Shown here: piece after piece, positions 60,309 through 64,000 of the stretch
How the letters are laid out: the number at the start of each line of letters is the position of its first letter
How positions within the stretch are numbered: the first letter of the stretch is position 1
Assembly (NCBI GenBank): GCA_965240325.2
Contig: OZ251241.1
Coordinates: forward strand, 124,001 to 188,000
Length of the DNA: 64,000 nucleotides
Direction: 5' to 3'
Source of the DNA: Rebecca billardiae RCC1528
Taxonomy: Eukaryota > Protista > Haptophyta
Made by a program: the position numbers and the translations under genes
The notes under the pieces: generated by a model
Database searches by the model: none
Told to the model about the DNA's origin: nothing
Seen by the model: only the letters and a program-made list of their open reading frames with translations

Positions 60309-62595
60309 TTATAATGCTGATGGCAAGGCCCCGGCCTCCACCACGCCGCTGGCTGCCGCGGTGGCCTCCGCTGGCCGCTGGCGAGGATGCTGTTGGTGCT
60401 GCTGCTGGCTGATCCGCGGCTGCAGCCGCTTCGCCGCGAGCTGGCTGCCGCGAGCGCTGCCGAGAGGCCCAGGCTGCGCCTGCCACGCGCTGCTCCTGCT
60501 GCCGCCGTGCGCGCACCCGCGCAGCCACGCCGCCCCGCGCCATGCGGCGGCTCGCACGGCCACGGTGACGCCGCTGCCCGGCCGAGCGAGCTCCAGCGTG
60601 CCGCCGACTCCGCCCGCGCCTTGCGCCGTCGGCCCTGCCATCGGTCGGCGCGCGCGCCCCGCGCGCCCCGCGCGGGCGGCCAGGCCGACGCCGAGGGCGA
60701 GCAGCGCCACGCCTCCGCCCAGCGCTGCGCACGCCGCGCGCGCGGAGCTGGCGCGGGCGCGTGGTGCAGCAGGCGCGCCTGCGCGACTCGCGGCCCCGCC
60801 GCCCCGCCGGCCCCCCATGCCCAGCCACGCGCGCCGCCAGCGGCCGCGCGCCAGCGCCTCGGCGACGAGCCGGGGGCGGAAGTCGCCGCGCGGCGCGGCC
60901 GGGCGCGCCTCGCAAAAGTTGAAGCGGTCGCACTGCAGCCGGCAGCAGCCGCACGCGCAGCGCTCGCGGTGCGCGCCCTGCGGGTCCCAGTACTGCCGGC
61001 GCGCGGCGCACGACTTTGCGTTCGTCAGCTCGCAGCGGGAGCCCATGCAGCTGCGGCACTTGTCCACGGTCGGCATCAGAAGGTCAGGTGGCAGCGCGGG
61101 CGGCGCGGGCGGCGCTGGCGGCGGGCACGGCCCCGTGTGCGGCACGCAGCCGTGCTCGTGCGCGCACTGGCGGAAGCAGCACGCGCACGCGCACGCGTTG
61201 GCCTCCGCCCCGCGCGGGTCGACGAAGCCGTGCCGGTGCGCGCAGTTGTGCCTCTGCCCGCGCCCGCACCGGTGGCGCTCGCACTGGCAACGCGCGCGCG
61301 CGCGGGGGCCGGCGCGGGGCGCGGGCTGAGCGCCGCGGCACACGCCGTGCGCGCGCGGCGCGGCGCGCGCGCGCGCGCGCGCACCACGCCGCACGTCCAG
61401 CGCCACTCGTTGTCGTCAAACGCCGGGTGCGGCCCGCCCCAGCCGTACGCGCGCGCGCCGCGGCTGTGCGTGTTGAAGGGCAGCGGCCCCGCCTGCTCTG
61501 GGGCGAGCGCGAGCGAGTCGGGCGCGCAGCCGCGGCTGACCTCGGCGCGCGGCGGGCTGGGCGGCGCGGGCGGCGCGGGCGGCAGCGGCGGGCACGACCC
61601 CACGCGCGTGTCCCCGAAGAAGAAGTTCCGGCCTGGCGCGGGGGCAGCGCAGGGCAGGCCGGCGCAGGCGCACAAGGCGGTCACAGCGGCAGCAGCAGCG
61701 GGGGGCCGCGCGGCGACAGCTTCAGCCGCGCGCGGCCGCGCGCGCGGCGCCGCGCGCGGGCGCGGGGCGGCGGGTGCCCGCGCGCACCGCCATCCCCCCT
61801 GCACACGCGGTTGTAGCACGGCGTGGCGTAGCGCAGCCGCAGCCGCGGCCGCGCGCCCGTGTGGAAGAAGACGGCCGCGCGCTGCTGCTCTGCGCTCAGC
61901 GCGCGCGCGCCCGCCGACGGGTTGGGCACGAGCGCGGCCGTCGAGCCGAAGTAGTCGCAGCCGGCCGGGCAGAAGTCGAGGTACTCGGGCCTGCGCCGGC
62001 GCGCGCGGCGCGCGGCGCCATCACGCGTCACTGGATCGAGGCGGCGGTGCCGCGCGCGGCGGCTCGGCGCGCGCGCGCCGCACCCGTGGTGCTCCGTCAC
62101 GCGCACCACCCTCACGCTCGTGTGCTCGGCGACGGTGTAGAAGTCGTACTCGTCGGGGCAGACGCACAACACCTCCTTCGTCAGCTCGCCCGCCGGCCCG
62201 AGCGCCGTCTGGTCAATGTCGAACACGGTGAAGCCGAAGCCGCGGCCGCGCAGCGGTGCGCCGCGCGCATCGACCAGCCTCAGCTCGAGCTCGAGGGCGT
62301 GGTCGTTGAGGAGGTTGATCTGGGCGAAGAAGGGGCTGTCCGACTTGCCGTTCTTGCGCTCGTCGTACGCGGCGTACACGCCGGGCGACGTGATGCGCAG
62401 CGCGTACGGCTCCCCGTCCACGGCGCCGACGCCCGAGAAGAGCATCTCGCCCACGCCGTGAGAGCCGAGGTCGTTGCCGCGCGTGGGAGCGGGCGACGGG
62501 ATGGTCGAGCGGTTGAAGTCGAGCGTGAGCGCCCACGGCACGCACTGCGCGGCCGCGCCCAGGGCGAGCAGCTGCTGCGCTGCGGCGGCGAGCAT
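60309..62595 (-). CDS. Hypothetical cell-surface protein (signal peptide, beta-rich domain, Pro linkers, Cys-rich repeats, C-terminal TM), multi-exon
   Basis: MLAAAAQQLLALGAAAQC; FAQINL, FTVFDIDQ, GRNFFFGD; two Cys-rich units (CACACCFRQC, CACGCCRLQC); TM segment ALGGGVALLALGVGLAA; exon limits approximate. Confidence 0.65.
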
Positions 62596-63272
62596 GCTCG
62601 TCGACGCCGCCGGGGCCGGCCGGCCAGGCGTCGAGCTCTCGTGAGGCGTGAGCGACTCGACCTGCGCTCGATTTTGGGCGGCGTGAGCCGTGAACTGGAG
62701 CAGCTGTGCACGGCGGCAGCGCACAGAGCTGCCACTGTTCAACTTGCGTGAGTGGGGCAGCCGCTACTGTACCGCTATTGTACAGTCCGCTACATTCTAC
62801 ACAGTGACACATGATACAGTAACAGTATGGCGGGTGAGTGGCACTTAGCCATACTGCTGCCAGCGTGTCAGTACTAGTCAGGCCAGCTAGAGGTTCAATG
62901 GGTGCAGCATCACTGAGCCGAGCGTGCGCGATAACACTTGCAACATCCTGGGTCCACGCAGGTGCGTCACGAACCCATTGATAAAACGGCTATGCACTCC
63001 TCTCAGCCGTGGACGAAGACGTTGCAATGTGCCAATGTCGCCCACTGGGCATCGGCCATCGCCCACCGTGTCGCTGGCCACTGCACGGTCCGCAAGCGTG
63101 CCGAGAGCGACTGCTCGGTGCCATCGGACTGCGACTGCTCCACCGCTATCGCCGAGTTCACTCCAGCGGCCAATCGGGGCGGTCCTCCCCACCACTCCAG
63201 CCGTGCGCGTGCTGCTGCTCGGTACGCGCGCCGTCATCTCGCGCTCAGCCAGCTGGACTGTGCCCATGCCCC

Positions 63273-63844
63273 TCACTGCGCAGGCTTGGGCTTGCGCCAC
63301 AGGCCCTTGATCGTCTCGATCAAGCCAGGGCCCTGGAGGTTGAGGCGGAGCAGGCCGAGTGTAGTGATCGTCGTCACGCCCAGCATGCCCACGCGCGCCG
63401 GGCCCACCGCCGCGCTGCCGAAGAACTTCTTTGCATAGTCGGAGATGACGCAGTTCATCCCGATGTGCGCGTGCACCGGGAACGCGACGCCCAGGAAGAG
63501 GTCGAGCGGGAGGGTGAGCGGCGACGGGCTGACGGCGAACGCGACCGGTGTCGCTCCGAGCAGCGCGAGGTTGACGTAGTGGTACAGCTTGAGGCTCGCG
63601 CTCGACTGGTCCGCGTTGACCAGCGAGGAGACGATAGTGCGCGGGCTGCTGACGCTGCCCGCACGCCGCGCAATAATGCCTGCAGCCAGCGGGGCGTGGT
63701 CCGCGCGTGCGTAGGCGGGGCGCATGACGGGGGACAGTCACGAGACGGCCGGCCAAGACACAGCTCGGCCAGAGCCCCACGTGCGCGCGGCGATGGCGGC
63801 AAGAAGGGGCGCGCACCACCAGCCCGCCGAAGCAACGCGACCAT
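63273..63844 (-). CDS. SDH4: Succinate dehydrogenase cytochrome b small subunit (exons 63844-63817, 63679-63273)
   Basis: Arg-rich presequence MVALLRRAGGIIARRAGS; DLFLGVAFPVHAHIGMNCVISDY; GPGLIETIKGLW. Confidence 0.92.
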
Positions 63845-64000
63845 CCTGCCAAGCAGCAGTCCACCGCCGCCGCTTTCAGCTTGCCGCGCCGAGCCGCCGC
63901 CGACGCCTGGCGCGTCCGGACTACCCCGGCCGGACGGGAGCGTCGAATCGTCGATTCGCAGTCCTTGAAGAATTTGGATGTGGATCATCCGTTTGCCACC

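Overview
Gene-dense, very GC-rich eukaryotic DNA. Introns are short and (CG)n-rich, with GT-AG ends and at least three GC-AG ends. A haptophyte alga (Pavlovales-like) is my inference from composition, intron style and gene content. About 16 genes can be supported, most of them spliced: a ubiquitin-nickel superoxide dismutase fusion, a RAD5/SHPRH-type SNF2-RING ATPase, an EamA/DMT transporter, a head-to-head pair of surface Ca2+-binding proteins (EF-hand tandem repeat; RTX-like GGxGxD with Pro-rich stalk and TM helix), an AGC kinase with four cNMP-binding domains, a hybrid histidine kinase, two putative glycosyltransferases, FARSB, RPL28, RNASEH2B, PRPF31, SDH4 and several hypothetical proteins. 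Blocks of apparent DNA-transposon origin lie between the genes, mostly beside TA-rich tracts: a 1.6-kb element present twice in inverted orientation, a related decayed element possibly encoding a tyrosine recombinase, and a ~5-kb TIR-bounded block containing two apparently identical 794-bp TIR units. Exon boundaries were read by hand and no database searches were run. Most long Arg/Ala-rich ORFs in the track are GC artefacts.
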